Virus record (IMG/VR): IMGVR_UViG_3300031555_002663
Span: 1-64,000 of that record
DNA length: 64,000 bases
Origin: a virus
Lineage: Duplodnaviria > Caudoviricetes
Reading direction: 5' to 3' (one strand)
The notes under the pieces are model-generated. The model saw nothing but the letters and a program-made list of their open reading frames with translations, was not told the DNA's origin and did no database searches. Both the position numbers and the translations under genes were made by a program. Each line of letters starts with the position of its first letter. The stretch's first letter is position 1. Of the stretch, positions 1 to 9,606 are shown in pieces.

Positions 1-757
1 CGATAGGGAAAGTTTCATCACCGGCAAGGTAAGCCACAACTACACTTCTGGAATTCATCATCTCAACAGTGCCTTGACGATAACCGCCTTCACGCTCCCA
101 AGACATGCAGCTTTCCCACTCGTAAGAGTTATCACTCATGGTCATATAGTCAAGAGGGTGAATAGAAATCGTAAGTACACCGCCAAGGTCTTTCTGGTTC
201 AAAATCTGAGAATGACAAATTCTGAAATCTTCAAAGCCAGGGAGATCGAAGATAGTAGCTAACTTACCAAGAGCCTTGCTGGTCTTGCAGTTACGATTTA
301 CCTTAAAAGGCTTTCCGGCAGGAGTTTCAATTTCAAAAGATGAACCATCATAGATGTTAGAAATCAAGCAGTCGTCGCTCATAAGGCGGCTTAAGCCTTC
401 ATTCTGTTCATCAGTGAAAAGTCTACGATTACGATACATATAATCGTTCCATGCTCTCGTAAACTCCCAGCCATTTCTACCTGCTCTACCATAGCTTGCA
501 TATTCCTGCATCATGGTAGAAAGTTCATCCTGAAGCTCTTCATAAGACTTCGTATATGCAACTTTCTTGGAAAGAATAAGCTGATCGCCGAAGAGTTTTT
601 CAAGATATTCAGATTTACGCATTGCCCATTCATTCAGAATAGACTTCATCGGCGCATATTCATCACTTCTGCTATAAGCTTCATAGCTCCAAACATTTGC
701 CTTTCTGTAACTGTCCATCATATCAAGCTCTTCGGCACTCAATTTATCAATAAGCAT
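1..757 (-). CDS. conserved phage protein, partial (runs off window edge)
   Basis: Manual translation from ATG at 757 (RBS GGAG) is open to base 1: MLIDKLSAEELDMM...SIHPLDYMTMSDNSYEWESCMSWEREGGYRQGTVEMMNSRSVVVAYL. Absent from the ORF track because no stop falls inside the window. Confidence 0.75.
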   Translation of the reverse strand, partial: MLIDKLSAEELDMMDSYRKANVWSYEAYSRSDEYAPMKSILNEWAMRKSEYLEKLFGDQLILSKKVAYTKSYEELQDELSTMMQEYASYGRAGRNGWEFTRAWNDYMYRNRRLFTDEQNEGLSRLMSDDCLISNIYDGSSFEIETPAGKPFKVNRNCKTSKALGKLATIFDLPGFEDFRICHSQILNQKDLGGVLTISIHPLDYMTMSDNSYEWESCMSWEREGGYRQGTVEMMNSRSVVVAYLAGDETFPI

Positions 758-811
758 AGTCAACAACTCCTTTTCTTCTTATTTTTCTTTCTTTCTTTAT
801 CTTATATATAT

Positions 812-840
812 ATTATAACATAATTTTTATAAAAAATCAA
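812..840 (-). promoter_or_regulatory. sigmaA-type promoter TTGATT-17-TATAAT (copy 1 of 7 in left arm)
   Basis: Plus strand attata 812-817 and aatcaa 835-840. Near-identical copies at 2461-2489, 4312-4340, 5834-5862, 7277-7305, 9825-9853, 13013-13041. Confidence 0.8.
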
Positions 841-872
841 AAAAGCTCTCTGTGGTTAAACAGAGAGCTTTT
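841..872 (-). terminator. intrinsic terminator
   Basis: aaaagctctctgt-ggttaa-acagagagctttt stem-loop with A/T tails, downstream of ORF 887-2191. Confidence 0.8.
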
Positions 873-886
873 TGGAGGGGAAAGTG

Positions 887-2191
887 TTACGCCTGAGTCA
901 CAGGGGCTGCAGGAGTCTTGCTGCAATTGCAGGTATGATTCTGGTTCATCATCATGAACATAACCATGGGATCAATGTCCTTATTATCCTTCATGAGGAA
1001 GTACATCATCATGGGATTAGAGAACATGTTGCCGCCACCCTGATTCATCATCATAAACATCATCATGGGATCGATATCCTTGTTCTCACCCATCATGAGG
1101 AAAGGCAGCATATTACCGAAAGGCTGGTCGGCAGTAGGCGCATCAGTAAATGCACCGAACAGGCTTACAACCTTAGTCATGAAGTTGAAACCGAACATAT
1201 TGCGAGTAGGAATGATAGACTTAGTCTCGCCAGCGCGAACGTCAGTCACCTCAAAACTACCATTCTCATTGATGGCAGTAACGAACATAGGAACGCGATT
1301 GTGAATCACAATATCGCCAACCTTAACATCTGCGATAGCGACAGGCATCTTGTACATATACTTGCCACCATCGGCCATATTGAACACGTCAACATTGATA
1401 ATCTCACGGGAGTCAGGATTATAGCTTACCCACTCACCAGCCACATTCTGAATAGCCATACCATACATGCTGAGACGAACAGTGTTGCCGCAAGGGCCGA
1501 AATCGAAATTAATACCCTTAATCATATTTTCATTCTCCTTTTCTGCACATTTTGTTTCCTTATCTGCTTTCATCTGGAGGTCAGCCTCCATCTTATCCAT
1601 TCTTTTCTTGAGAGCTTCAGTATCCTCTTTCTGGGCATACTCAAGCCAACCGCCATTAATGGCAGTGCCAGTATTGGACCAACCATGACTTGAATCCAAA
1701 TCATAGTCAGGAATATTGATATTGATAGTGCGATCAGATACATATCCACCAGAAATGCTGGGGCCTGTGGTGGTAACGCTATCATACGCATAATTTACAT
1801 CAGCTTTAGTTGCCAAGTCAGAAATAACCTCACTCAAAGTATGAGAGCTATCTACCTTGTAGTCATAAGCCATGTAATCTGCTTTCATATTCTGCATTTT
1901 GCTACGCTCCTTTACTACATAATCGTAGAAGAAGCGACCGAAGCCGTTGTCATAGACTTTAGCTGAAAAGTGAATAATATCCTTTTCAACTCCACACACA
2001 TCAACAGCCGTATTGGAAATTTTTACAAAAGGTGAATCATATTCCACCTTAATGGGACCGCGCAGTTTCTTTAGCTTTCGCCAAGTGTCATAAGGAATTC
2101 GCTCAGTATATTCTTTATTGTCATATGCCTTCTGAAACTTGTCGAGCAGCTCAAGAAAATCGGTCGTAGTATAGACCAAATCCATAGACAT
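887..2191 (-). CDS. hypothetical phage protein with Met-rich C-terminal repeats
   Basis: 434 aa ORF with two DIDPM(M/V)MFMMMNQ repeats. Confidence 0.7.
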   Translation of the reverse strand: MSMDLVYTTTDFLELLDKFQKAYDNKEYTERIPYDTWRKLKKLRGPIKVEYDSPFVKISNTAVDVCGVEKDIIHFSAKVYDNGFGRFFYDYVVKERSKMQNMKADYMAYDYKVDSSHTLSEVISDLATKADVNYAYDSVTTTGPSISGGYVSDRTININIPDYDLDSSHGWSNTGTAINGGWLEYAQKEDTEALKKRMDKMEADLQMKADKETKCAEKENENMIKGINFDFGPCGNTVRLSMYGMAIQNVAGEWVSYNPDSREIINVDVFNMADGGKYMYKMPVAIADVKVGDIVIHNRVPMFVTAINENGSFEVTDVRAGETKSIIPTRNMFGFNFMTKVVSLFGAFTDAPTADQPFGNMLPFLMMGENKDIDPMMMFMMMNQGGGNMFSNPMMMYFLMKDNKDIDPMVMFMMMNQNHTCNCSKTPAAPVTQA

Positions 2192-2442
2192 TACCTCATT
2201 CTTCGATAGACTTCTTCTTTGATGTATTCTACATCAGATTCAGAGAAGCAATCATCGAGCTGAATAGACATCTCCGTATCACCATTCTCAATGGCAGTCA
2301 AAATCATTTGAATAACATCTTCCTTTTCTTGCTCGTGTTTTGCATATGCAGAAAAAGCAACATTTTCAATCTTGTTTCTTTCACCTGGTGCCCATAAATC
2401 GAAAGGGCAATGGCTTTCTAAATGTCTAAACATTTCTATCAC
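2191..2442 (-). CDS. hypothetical protein
   Basis: 83 aa ORF, GGAGGAG RBS, stop overlaps next start. Confidence 0.7.
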   Translation of the reverse strand: MIEMFRHLESHCPFDLWAPGERNKIENVAFSAYAKHEQEKEDVIQMILTAIENGDTEMSIQLDDCFSESDVEYIKEEVYRRMR

Positions 2443-2507
2443 TCCTCCTTTTCTATATATATAATAACATATTTTTTATAAAAAATCAAAGAAGAGCTTC
2501 TATGCTA

Positions 2508-3182
2508 TTATTTAAACACGGAAAGGTCAACAATAGCAAAGTTTGCTCGATGCACATATACAGGCATACCATCAATAAAGATTTCTGTGGTCTTAGGCAA
2601 ATTGCGAGAAACCTCCCAAGTTACCTTGTCGCCAGCAAACATACAGATAGGATCGCCATTCTGGGACTGAATAATAACAGCTCGAGCGGCAGGCTTTGTG
2701 TTCTTCTGCTGATGAGTATCCCACCACCACTGAAGAGACCAACCATCACCAAAACGCCAATCGCCGGGTGCAGTTACAGTATAGGAATCACCTTCAGAGA
2801 GATTGATGTCTTTTGGAATTTCAGTTTCAATCTTCTCCAAACGAGTATCATAGAACAGAACAGTCGAGCCGCAAGTTTCAATGTTGTGATTATCAATTGC
2901 GACAGTCACAACAGAAGAAGTCGTCCAACCAGAAATCCAAGAGCCATCACTATCATAGTAATACTCTTTAACCTTGTTGGGAGAAATGTCGAAGGACGTG
3001 CCTTCAACACTCATCCAGTTCTCGCCATAGTTGTCAAAGAAATCGGCAACATATGAAATTTTCACAGGCTCTTCACCTTCATTAGCAGGCGGAGCTGTAA
3101 TAGTAGTTGTCGTAGGTCCGCCGCACGCACACAAACTGACCATCATGGATGCTGCCAGAATTGAACCGAGAATCTTTTTCAT
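2508..3182 (-). CDS. lipoprotein of unknown function
   Basis: Signal peptide with lipobox MKKILGSILAASMMVSLCAC-GG, Thr/Pro linker. Confidence 0.65.
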   Translation of the reverse strand: MKKILGSILAASMMVSLCACGGPTTTTITAPPANEGEEPVKISYVADFFDNYGENWMSVEGTSFDISPNKVKEYYYDSDGSWISGWTTSSVVTVAIDNHNIETCGSTVLFYDTRLEKIETEIPKDINLSEGDSYTVTAPGDWRFGDGWSLQWWWDTHQQKNTKPAARAVIIQSQNGDPICMFAGDKVTWEVSRNLPKTTEIFIDGMPVYVHRANFAIVDLSVFK

Positions 3183-3183
3183 T

Positions 3184-3918
3184 TTACTTTACCTCCACAC
3201 ATCTAGTCAGAACAGTCTGACATTCATTACGATATTTACGATGGTCTTTTACAGTGCCCTTGATGTGATGTTCGGTGCCAGCAGACCAAGACTTTGCACC
3301 AGTTGTCCATACGAACAGATTGCCGCAATCATCACGCATGATATGCATAGTAGAACGACCATATGCACCATCCAGCTCAATGGCACGTTCAACAGTCAAA
3401 TACAGGTCAAGGCGCTCACCGATAGAGCCAACATATTCAGATTCAGACTCTTCATAGATGATAGACTCAACAGCTTCCTTAACCAGATGTTCAGGCTTTA
3501 ACTTGCCATCCTCCTGGCCAACCAGTTCCCAAGGAAGCTGAACAGGGGTGATGCCTGCAGGCAGATCTTCGGGAACCTCTTCAGTAGAGATGATGTACCA
3601 TCCCCAAAATCTTGCATATCTTGCAATAGAAGCGCGGAACCATTCGATTTCAGAATAAGTATCACCCTTAAAGATGGTGATATATCCTTTAGTGAAACCT
3701 AAAACTTCCTTCTGAGGCTTGTAGTAGGGATCGGAAGAGTGGTCAACGGCAGCTGCTTCGGGGTACATCTTGCGATATTCCGCATCAGTATACCAACGAA
3801 CAGTCTTAACCTTGCCAGACTTCAGCTTGACATTTACATATTGACGACCGGAAGAAACGAAAACCTCACCAACGATCTCCAAGTCTTGATAGGATTTTGC
3901 AACTGCCATAGTATCCAA
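3184..3918 (-). CDS. hypothetical protein, possible C-terminal OB-fold
   Basis: 244 aa. C-terminus YVGSIGERLDL...HIMRDDCGNLFVWTT...IKGTVKDH..YR..QTVLTR resembles a beta-barrel OB-like domain. Confidence 0.55.
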   Translation of the reverse strand: MDTMAVAKSYQDLEIVGEVFVSSGRQYVNVKLKSGKVKTVRWYTDAEYRKMYPEAAAVDHSSDPYYKPQKEVLGFTKGYITIFKGDTYSEIEWFRASIARYARFWGWYIISTEEVPEDLPAGITPVQLPWELVGQEDGKLKPEHLVKEAVESIIYEESESEYVGSIGERLDLYLTVERAIELDGAYGRSTMHIMRDDCGNLFVWTTGAKSWSAGTEHHIKGTVKDHRKYRNECQTVLTRCVEVK

Positions 3919-3931
3919 CTCCTTTTCTTAA

Positions 3932-4276
3932 TTATTTACGGCTAAATTCGGGCTCTTCCCAAACTTTAACATCATCAATAATGAAGTTATTCATCTCCCA
4001 CCAGAGATGACTACCTCCAAAGTAACGCCAATGATTTACGCTATTGGCAACAGTGCGGGTAACAGAAGTTTTCTTATCGTAGAAGCGGAGGACTACCCAC
4101 AATTCAGCACCACTTTTATCTTCGTATTGATACCATTCACAGGCGATCTGACGAACATAGAAGCGACCTTTCCAGAGATTGTCGTTTTCAACATTCTTAT
4201 TGAGAGCGCGCATCAATTCATTCATTGCTCTTTGATGACGCTTTCTGTTTTTTGAACTCAACCATCCATATCTCAT
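3932..4276 (-). CDS. hypothetical protein
   Basis: 114 aa ORF directly after promoter 4312-4340 with GGAGG RBS. Confidence 0.7.
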   Translation of the reverse strand: MRYGWLSSKNRKRHQRAMNELMRALNKNVENDNLWKGRFYVRQIACEWYQYEDKSGAELWVVLRFYDKKTSVTRTVANSVNHWRYFGGSHLWWEMNNFIIDDVKVWEEPEFSRK

Positions 4277-4338
4277 TTTTGTTTTTCCTCCTTTCTTTAT
4301 CTTACATATATATTATATCATATTTTTTATAAAAAATC

Positions 4339-4373
4339 AAAGAAGCTCTCTTGCATTCAACAAGAGAGCTTCT
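4339..4373 (-). terminator. intrinsic terminator
   Basis: aagaagctctcttg...caagagagcttctt stem-loop. Confidence 0.75.
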
Positions 4374-4380
4374 TAATGGC

Positions 4381-5253
4381 TTAATAGCCAACTTCCTTTA
4401 GAGCATATTCAATTTCAGCATCAGTATATCCTTCATATCGAAGCTGCTTTGCCATTCCTTCTTTTGAAAAAGAAGAATATTCAAGATAGGTGCGAGCTTC
4501 TTTAACGGCATTTACCATACCTAAAGTTACTGTATCACTTACTTCTGGCACGGGTTGAACATCATCAGCAGCCACTTCTTGATTAGATTCAGCCAACATG
4601 GTATCAATCATTTGATCCACTGCGCCTTCATCTTCAAACAGGCTCATCCAAAAACTATTCATAGAATTCATATCGCCCTCAATAGCTGACAAAAGTTCGC
4701 CAGTGATGGCATTTATAACTTCATCATCAATTTTCCATTCCCAACGATGATTGCGATAATGCATTTCAATAGTCGCAGGAATATAAATATAATCAGCATT
4801 GCGAACAGCATCTTCAAATTCTGACATATAATATTCATATAGACTTGCATCGTCTTCATAAGTCTCGGAAAACAAATTAGAAGCACACACTTCAGCGTAC
4901 TTAGTAAGACCATCAATCCAAGCCTGACCTGCATTTATAGTTTTAATTTTTACAATAACACTGGACTCGTTGCCAACTACATATGTTTTAATAGTTTCCA
5001 CTTCAAGATGTTTGAAGATACGGTCAACAATCTCAAGGGTTTCGGCGGTCTCTTCGCGGAATAGTTCATCATGAACTTCTGCTTTAATCTCATCCATATA
5101 GTTTGTAGGAGCGCTACTGGAAGAGCTCCCTTTTAAACTGTCATGATACTCCTTGGAAGGATCGACGTTCGTAAAGTTCTGGTTATCTCCAGAACACCCT
5201 GCCAAACTAATTGTGCATAAAACAGCGCAAGCAATAACTAAAAATCGCTTCAT
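4381..5253 (-). CDS. lipoprotein with C-terminal Ltp-like (host cell surface-exposed lipoprotein) repeat
   Basis: Lipobox ISLAG-C. C-terminus AVKEARTYLEYSSFSKEGMAKQLRYEGYTDAEIEYAL matches the Ltp repeat pattern. Confidence 0.65.
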   Translation of the reverse strand: MKRFLVIACAVLCTISLAGCSGDNQNFTNVDPSKEYHDSLKGSSSSSAPTNYMDEIKAEVHDELFREETAETLEIVDRIFKHLEVETIKTYVVGNESSVIVKIKTINAGQAWIDGLTKYAEVCASNLFSETYEDDASLYEYYMSEFEDAVRNADYIYIPATIEMHYRNHRWEWKIDDEVINAITGELLSAIEGDMNSMNSFWMSLFEDEGAVDQMIDTMLAESNQEVAADDVQPVPEVSDTVTLGMVNAVKEARTYLEYSSFSKEGMAKQLRYEGYTDAEIEYALKEVGY

Positions 5254-5256
5254 GTT

Positions 5257-5532
5257 TTACTCCTTTCTACCATAAGCGAGGTATTCTTCCTCGGAGACTT
5301 CCTCAATATCATAGCCGCACTCGCCAAGATAAGCATCATAATCGCCTTCAAATTCTTCTTCAGACTGGTCATCCCACCACTCGTAAGCATCTTCGGCAAC
5401 CATGCTGTAGATCTGTTCCATGAACTCATCTTCCTCAATAGAACGATCTTCTGGAACTGCCATATAATGATACATATGCTCACCGCAATAGCAAGTATAT
5501 GTAGTAATCAGATAATACTTCATTTTATTCAC
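5257..5532 (-). CDS. acidic hypothetical protein
   Basis: 91 aa ORF in operon. Confidence 0.65.
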   Translation of the reverse strand: MNKMKYYLITTYTCYCGEHMYHYMAVPEDRSIEEDEFMEQIYSMVAEDAYEWWDDQSEEEFEGDYDAYLGECGYDIEEVSEEEYLAYGRKE

Positions 5533-5785
5533 TCACTTTCTGATAGTCAAAACCAATCATATGAATATGACCAGCTTCAATCCAAGATACATAGCAAACG
5601 CCGCCTTCGCAGTTCGGCCATTCAGAACAACCTAACTGCCATTCCGTATCCTTGTAATTGGTGAAGAAATCAGAGATTGCATCAACCAATCCAGCTTCAT
5701 AAGTATCACTGCCTACGATATAATCATCCATGATTTCATAGATTTCATCTTCGATATAAGAAGGGTGAAAATTTGTACCTAACAT
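5525..5785 (-). CDS. hypothetical protein
   Basis: 86 aa, AAGGAG RBS, follows promoter 5834-5862. Confidence 0.65.
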   Translation of the reverse strand: MLGTNFHPSYIEDEIYEIMDDYIVGSDTYEAGLVDAISDFFTNYKDTEWQLGCSEWPNCEGGVCYVSWIEAGHIHMIGFDYQKVSE

Positions 5786-5861
5786 AATACCAACTCCTTT
5801 TTATTTTTCTTTCTTTCTTAACTTTACATATATATTATATCATAATTTTAATAAAAAATCA

Positions 5862-5896
5862 AAAAAGCCCTTATGCATTACACATAAGGGCTTTTT
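5862..5896 (-). terminator. intrinsic terminator
   Basis: aaaaagcccttatg...cataagggcttttt. Confidence 0.75.
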
Positions 5897-5897
5897 G

Positions 5898-6419
5898 TTA
5901 CTCAAGATCGACTTCGTACACGTTTTCAATTACAGAGCCTTCCGGTAAATAAATCGTATAGTATGTGGCCTCGGGATAGAAAAGCCACTTAAATACAGCA
6001 TTCTTGGGTCGTTTAGTCCATGTCTGAATGTAAGGAGCTTCATCTTCTCCAATATACTTAATATAAGCATCATCGGCATTAATACTGCCAGTAGTCATAC
6101 CCATATCAGTATCATAGATGTAGGTATACTTCAAGCTTTCATCAACCACAGAAGAGAACAAGAATGCAGATCCTTCAATCTGGAAACTATCCTTTAGGGC
6201 AACCAGTTCAGTCTTAGGACCATACTCGACAACTTTCGCATCTTCTGGCATAGCCGTAAAAATACACATAGCGAAGAGGCAGGCAAAAAGACCGATCATA
6301 GCTCCAGCTGCTGCCATCAATAGAGAGCAACCAAGGCTGCCAAAGCCAATACCCCAGTCACGATGTTCGTGAATCAAAAAACCTACCATAAAAGCGATCG
6401 CAAGAATGCCAATAATCAT
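5898..6419 (-). CDS. membrane protein
   Basis: 173 aa with two N-terminal hydrophobic segments. Confidence 0.65.
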   Translation of the reverse strand: MIIGILAIAFMVGFLIHEHRDWGIGFGSLGCSLLMAAAGAMIGLFACLFAMCIFTAMPEDAKVVEYGPKTELVALKDSFQIEGSAFLFSSVVDESLKYTYIYDTDMGMTTGSINADDAYIKYIGEDEAPYIQTWTKRPKNAVFKWLFYPEATYYTIYLPEGSVIENVYEVDLE

Positions 6420-6619
6420 TAGATAGTCACCTCATCTTCATCCATTTTAGGGGTGGGAGCGGGTTCATTATCATGACGATATACACTGATAGTGTTAATA
6501 TCAATCACCATCTCAGCTACGCCATTGTGGTCATCAAAGATAACATTATAGCCAAGGCGCAGGCACATAAGGATTTCTTCAAATTTCTTCCAGTCTTCGA
6601 AACTCATAGGAACTTTCAT
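6419..6619 (-). CDS. hypothetical protein
   Basis: 66 aa, GGAGG RBS. Confidence 0.6.
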   Translation of the reverse strand: MKVPMSFEDWKKFEEILMCLRLGYNVIFDDHNGVAEMVIDINTISVYRHDNEPAPTPKMDEDEVTI

Positions 6620-6631
6620 AATAATCCTCCG

Positions 6632-6934
6632 TTAATCCCAGGTCTTAAAGTCTTCTTCAACCATTTTTCTGCCGCCACAGAGATAGTCGAGGGCATTAAC
6701 TTCATCCTCAATATCACACTCAGGACAGTAAAAAGGAATATTCAGTTCGACACTGGGGAATTCTTTAGCGAGAGCGTTAACCGCATCACAGATGTTACGA
6801 ATAAGCTCATCACGACGAGTGCGTTTCCGACGCTTAATTTCTGCGTCAATATCAGCAGCGAAAGTGGTGAGACTTTCCATGCTCATTTCGGAAAGAAGAG
6901 GCATATACTCAAAAATTTCTTTCTTGTCATGCAT
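6632..6934 (-). CDS. hypothetical protein with CxxC
   Basis: Start refined to MHDKK after AAAGGA RBS; FYCPEC motif. Confidence 0.6.
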   Translation of the reverse strand: MHDKKEIFEYMPLLSEMSMESLTTFAADIDAEIKRRKRTRRDELIRNICDAVNALAKEFPSVELNIPFYCPECDIEDEVNALDYLCGGRKMVEEDFKTWD

Positions 6935-6954
6935 TGTATCAATTCCTTTCTTTA

Positions 6955-7245
6955 TTACCAACTAATCCAAACCATGATAGAACTACGATAGCCTTTAGCA
7001 CGCAGATGTTCAACAAGCTTCAGCTCATTCTTGTACTTCTGGACAGTTGCATCATTGAAACGATTTTCATTCCATTTAATTTCCTCGTTGATTTCCTCAA
7101 CTCGGTAATCGGACAGGTCCAAACATACATAACTGTCATTAGGACACATTTCAGTGAAGATAAAGTCTTGCCAGTGGCATCCCACCAGTTCGCCGGCGTC
7201 AGTGCCCTTAATATAATCCATTTTGTAGACAGGAATATCTTTCAT
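6955..7245 (-). CDS. hypothetical protein
   Basis: 96 aa, GAGGT RBS, follows promoter 7277-7305. Confidence 0.65.
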   Translation of the reverse strand: MKDIPVYKMDYIKGTDAGELVGCHWQDFIFTEMCPNDSYVCLDLSDYRVEEINEEIKWNENRFNDATVQKYKNELKLVEHLRAKGYRSSIMVWISW

Positions 7246-7342
7246 AGTTTTTACCTCTCTTTCACTTTCTATAAATATTATAACATATTTTTATAAAAAA
7301 ATCAAAAAAGCTCTTAGGCTTGCGGCATAAGAGCTTTCATAA

Positions 7343-7510
7343 TTACTTCTTACGACTAACTAACCAGTCTACCCAAGAATCAAGGACAACAATAGACAAA
7401 GGGCAGAATACAGAGAACCAAGTTGGAGTTACCCCAGCCGCTGCCTGAATAATGTCCATGACGGCGATCAAAGTCCAAAGAATCGCCAAAGTAAGTTTAA
7501 TACCTTTCAT
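7343..7510 (-). CDS. small membrane protein
   Basis: Start refined to MKGIKL; two hydrophobic helices. Confidence 0.55.
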   Translation of the reverse strand: MKGIKLTLAILWTLIAVMDIIQAAAGVTPTWFSVFCPLSIVVLDSWVDWLVSRKK

Positions 7511-7521
7511 ATATAACCCCC

Positions 7522-7839
7522 TTAAATGCAGCCACCGCAAGAGCTATGGCGCCAATCTTCAGCCTGAAATGCAAGGAAAACAGAGAAAGCGTCAGCCGGC
7601 AGGTTGAGCACCCAAGGATTCTGCGCCGCCCAATCCTCATAATCCAGACCATCGTCATAGTCTTCGAAGACCTCTCGCCAGTCTTCAAAATGCCAAGAAG
7701 CATAGGTCCCGAAAGTATTCATATGAGTATGACGCAGCTCCTCAGGAATTGCATCAGAATAATCCTCGCCATCAATACGCAGAACCCAAACTCCATTACA
7801 TAAAGTTGGATAAGAGCCAGTCCAAATAGCTTCTACCAT
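7522..7839 (-). CDS. hypothetical protein
   Basis: 105 aa ending HSSCGGCI. Confidence 0.65.
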   Translation of the reverse strand: MVEAIWTGSYPTLCNGVWVLRIDGEDYSDAIPEELRHTHMNTFGTYASWHFEDWREVFEDYDDGLDYEDWAAQNPWVLNLPADAFSVFLAFQAEDWRHSSCGGCI

Positions 7840-7843
7840 AGTA

Positions 7844-8161
7844 TCACTCCTTGTTCCATTCTCTTAAAATAGTTCCAATCTTCTTACCGCACCAAGGACA
7901 ATAAGTAGGCATAATCCATGAAGTCATATTGGTGCATTCTGTATTACAACAGGAAAACACTCGATGCATTTTACCATCTTTGATAGTTTCAACAATATCA
8001 AAAAAATTAGAAAGTTCTTTTGAAAGTTCTGCCAAATCAGCAATCAACATATGGATGCAACGCATCTTATATGTTTCATGGTCAAATTCTTTATAAGGAC
8101 ATTCGCCGCAAAGAAACTCTTTGCAGCAATCAAGTCCTTTATAAACTTTACTTCTCTCCAA
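7844..8161 (-). CDS. Cys-rich (zinc-binding) hypothetical protein
   Basis: TTG start after GGAGGT; CGEC and CPWCG motifs. Confidence 0.55.
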   Translation of the reverse strand: MERSKVYKGLDCCKEFLCGECPYKEFDHETYKMRCIHMLIADLAELSKELSNFFDIVETIKDGKMHRVFSCCNTECTNMTSWIMPTYCPWCGKKIGTILREWNKE

Positions 8162-8876
8162 GCTTTTTACCTCCACGCTTACGCTTACGCTCAGTAGCCT
8201 TGTCGATAGTGTCGCGATGAATAGTCTCAATACGAGCTAAAGCACCAGACTTCATGAACTGGTTCATGTTGACAGGAGTGTGTCCGATAACATCGGAACA
8301 AACATTCAAATGGTTTTTACGCTTCTTGCCTGCATGGTCATGACCGTGAATATTGAAAGCCCAAGGTACATCAATAGGCTCGTGAGAAAGAATCAGCTTT
8401 TCGGCAATCATAACAGGGCCTTCGTAAACTTCATCGAATAAGCAGTTATCGGCGACTACACACCAATACTCAAAAGGAGAGTGGAACTGATAACCTTCAG
8501 AGATAGTGTAACGGCAGCCGGGATAGAGACGCTGCATTTCGAGCAAAGCTTCATCTTTCTGATACTGTTCCTTGTCGAAAACCTTAGTCCACTTCTGGCG
8601 TTCATAGTTAGTACGACCAGAATCATGATTGCCCATAATGAGAACCTTATAGCCACGAATTTTCTTTACATATTCAATATCGCAAATGTCGCCTAAGATA
8701 ACAATAGTATCTTTGCGACCCACCTTAGAGTTGATCTTCTGGACCAACTCATCGGCAGAAGGACGCTCGATACCTTTCTTTAAGTCGGGATCATTGAAAT
8801 GAGGGTCGGAATAAATCCACAAAGTACCCTGTGCATGCCAATGGTCAAAGATTTTATATAAACCTGCAATAGCCAT
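8148..8876 (-). CDS. calcineurin-like metallophosphoesterase
   Basis: Motifs SDPHF, LGD, GNHD, SHEP, HGHDH in canonical order. Confidence 0.85.
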   Translation of the reverse strand: MAIAGLYKIFDHWHAQGTLWIYSDPHFNDPDLKKGIERPSADELVQKINSKVGRKDTIVILGDICDIEYVKKIRGYKVLIMGNHDSGRTNYERQKWTKVFDKEQYQKDEALLEMQRLYPGCRYTISEGYQFHSPFEYWCVVADNCLFDEVYEGPVMIAEKLILSHEPIDVPWAFNIHGHDHAGKKRKNHLNVCSDVIGHTPVNMNQFMKSGALARIETIHRDTIDKATERKRKRGGKKLGEK

Positions 8877-8878
8877 AT

Positions 8879-9049
8879 TTATTCCTCCTCCTCCTCGTGA
8901 ATACGATAAAATTCCAAATCAGAACGCAAGAAGTCATTATTCTGAAGATATATTAGAAAATTCATCTGCTCATTTGTCAGATGCCACTTACCAACATCAC
9001 CGTCCTCATGGACAATCCAGCGATAAGTTTTAGTCTTGCGTTTTGCCAT
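8879..9049 (-). CDS. small hypothetical protein (56 aa)
   Basis: Manual translation MAKRKTKTYRWIVHEDG...; GGAGG RBS; fills the gap in the operon. Confidence 0.55.
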   Translation of the reverse strand: MAKRKTKTYRWIVHEDGDVGKWHLTNEQMNFLIYLQNNDFLRSDLEFYRIHEEEEE

Positions 9050-9050
9050 A

Positions 9051-9296
9051 TTAATCCTCCTGTTTTAACAGTTCAAAACTCGCTTCAGAAGGGAAAGGAG
9101 CAATACCACTCATAGTGGTTATAAACTCCTTCTGCATCGCTGCCAAACGATCCTGGTCTGCACGGACGAGAAGCGCCTCAACGGCAGTTACAATTTCTTC
9201 TGAATAATCTGTGTAGCCTTCATCATGTGCAGAACAAGTTTCAACATATTCTGAATAAAGATTAATGAGGGCCTGCGCAGCTTCATGATACGTCAT
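9051..9296 (-). CDS. hypothetical protein
   Basis: 81 aa ORF in operon. Confidence 0.6.
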   Translation of the reverse strand: MTYHEAAQALINLYSEYVETCSAHDEGYTDYSEEIVTAVEALLVRADQDRLAAMQKEFITTMSGIAPFPSEASFELLKQED

Positions 9297-9297
9297 G

Positions 9298-9606
9298 TTA
9301 AATCTCCTCCGAATATTTCCACAGCAAATTAAATGCTTCCTGATATTCCTCGAAAGAATGACCTAGACCATTAAAATGGACAACATCAAAGAAGTGGTCG
9401 ATATCGTCGATATTATCAAATTCCATGGCATCAATGTCAAGGTCAATCAAAGCAACCTTACGAACCTCATAAGGAATAATTACAGTATGAGGACGAGTCA
9501 GATGCTTGATAAAATGGTTGGCATCATGCCAATGGGAAGTATCTTCAGCGTGGTAAGAAGGAGTGTGGTTGTCATCGTCCAGCATTAAAACTCGAATAGC
9601 ACTCAT
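9298..9606 (-). CDS. hypothetical protein
   Basis: Start refined to MSAIRV overlapping the upstream stop. Confidence 0.55.
   Translation of the reverse strand: MSAIRVLMLDDDNHTPSYHAEDTSHWHDANHFIKHLTRPHTVIIPYEVRKVALIDLDIDAMEFDNIDDIDHFFDVVHFNGLGHSFEEYQEAFNLLWKYSEEI

Noticed and set aside
872-1693. His-rich plus-strand ORF (273 aa)
   Set aside because: Antisense shadow of the Met-rich gene (ATG read as CAT); no RBS or promoter
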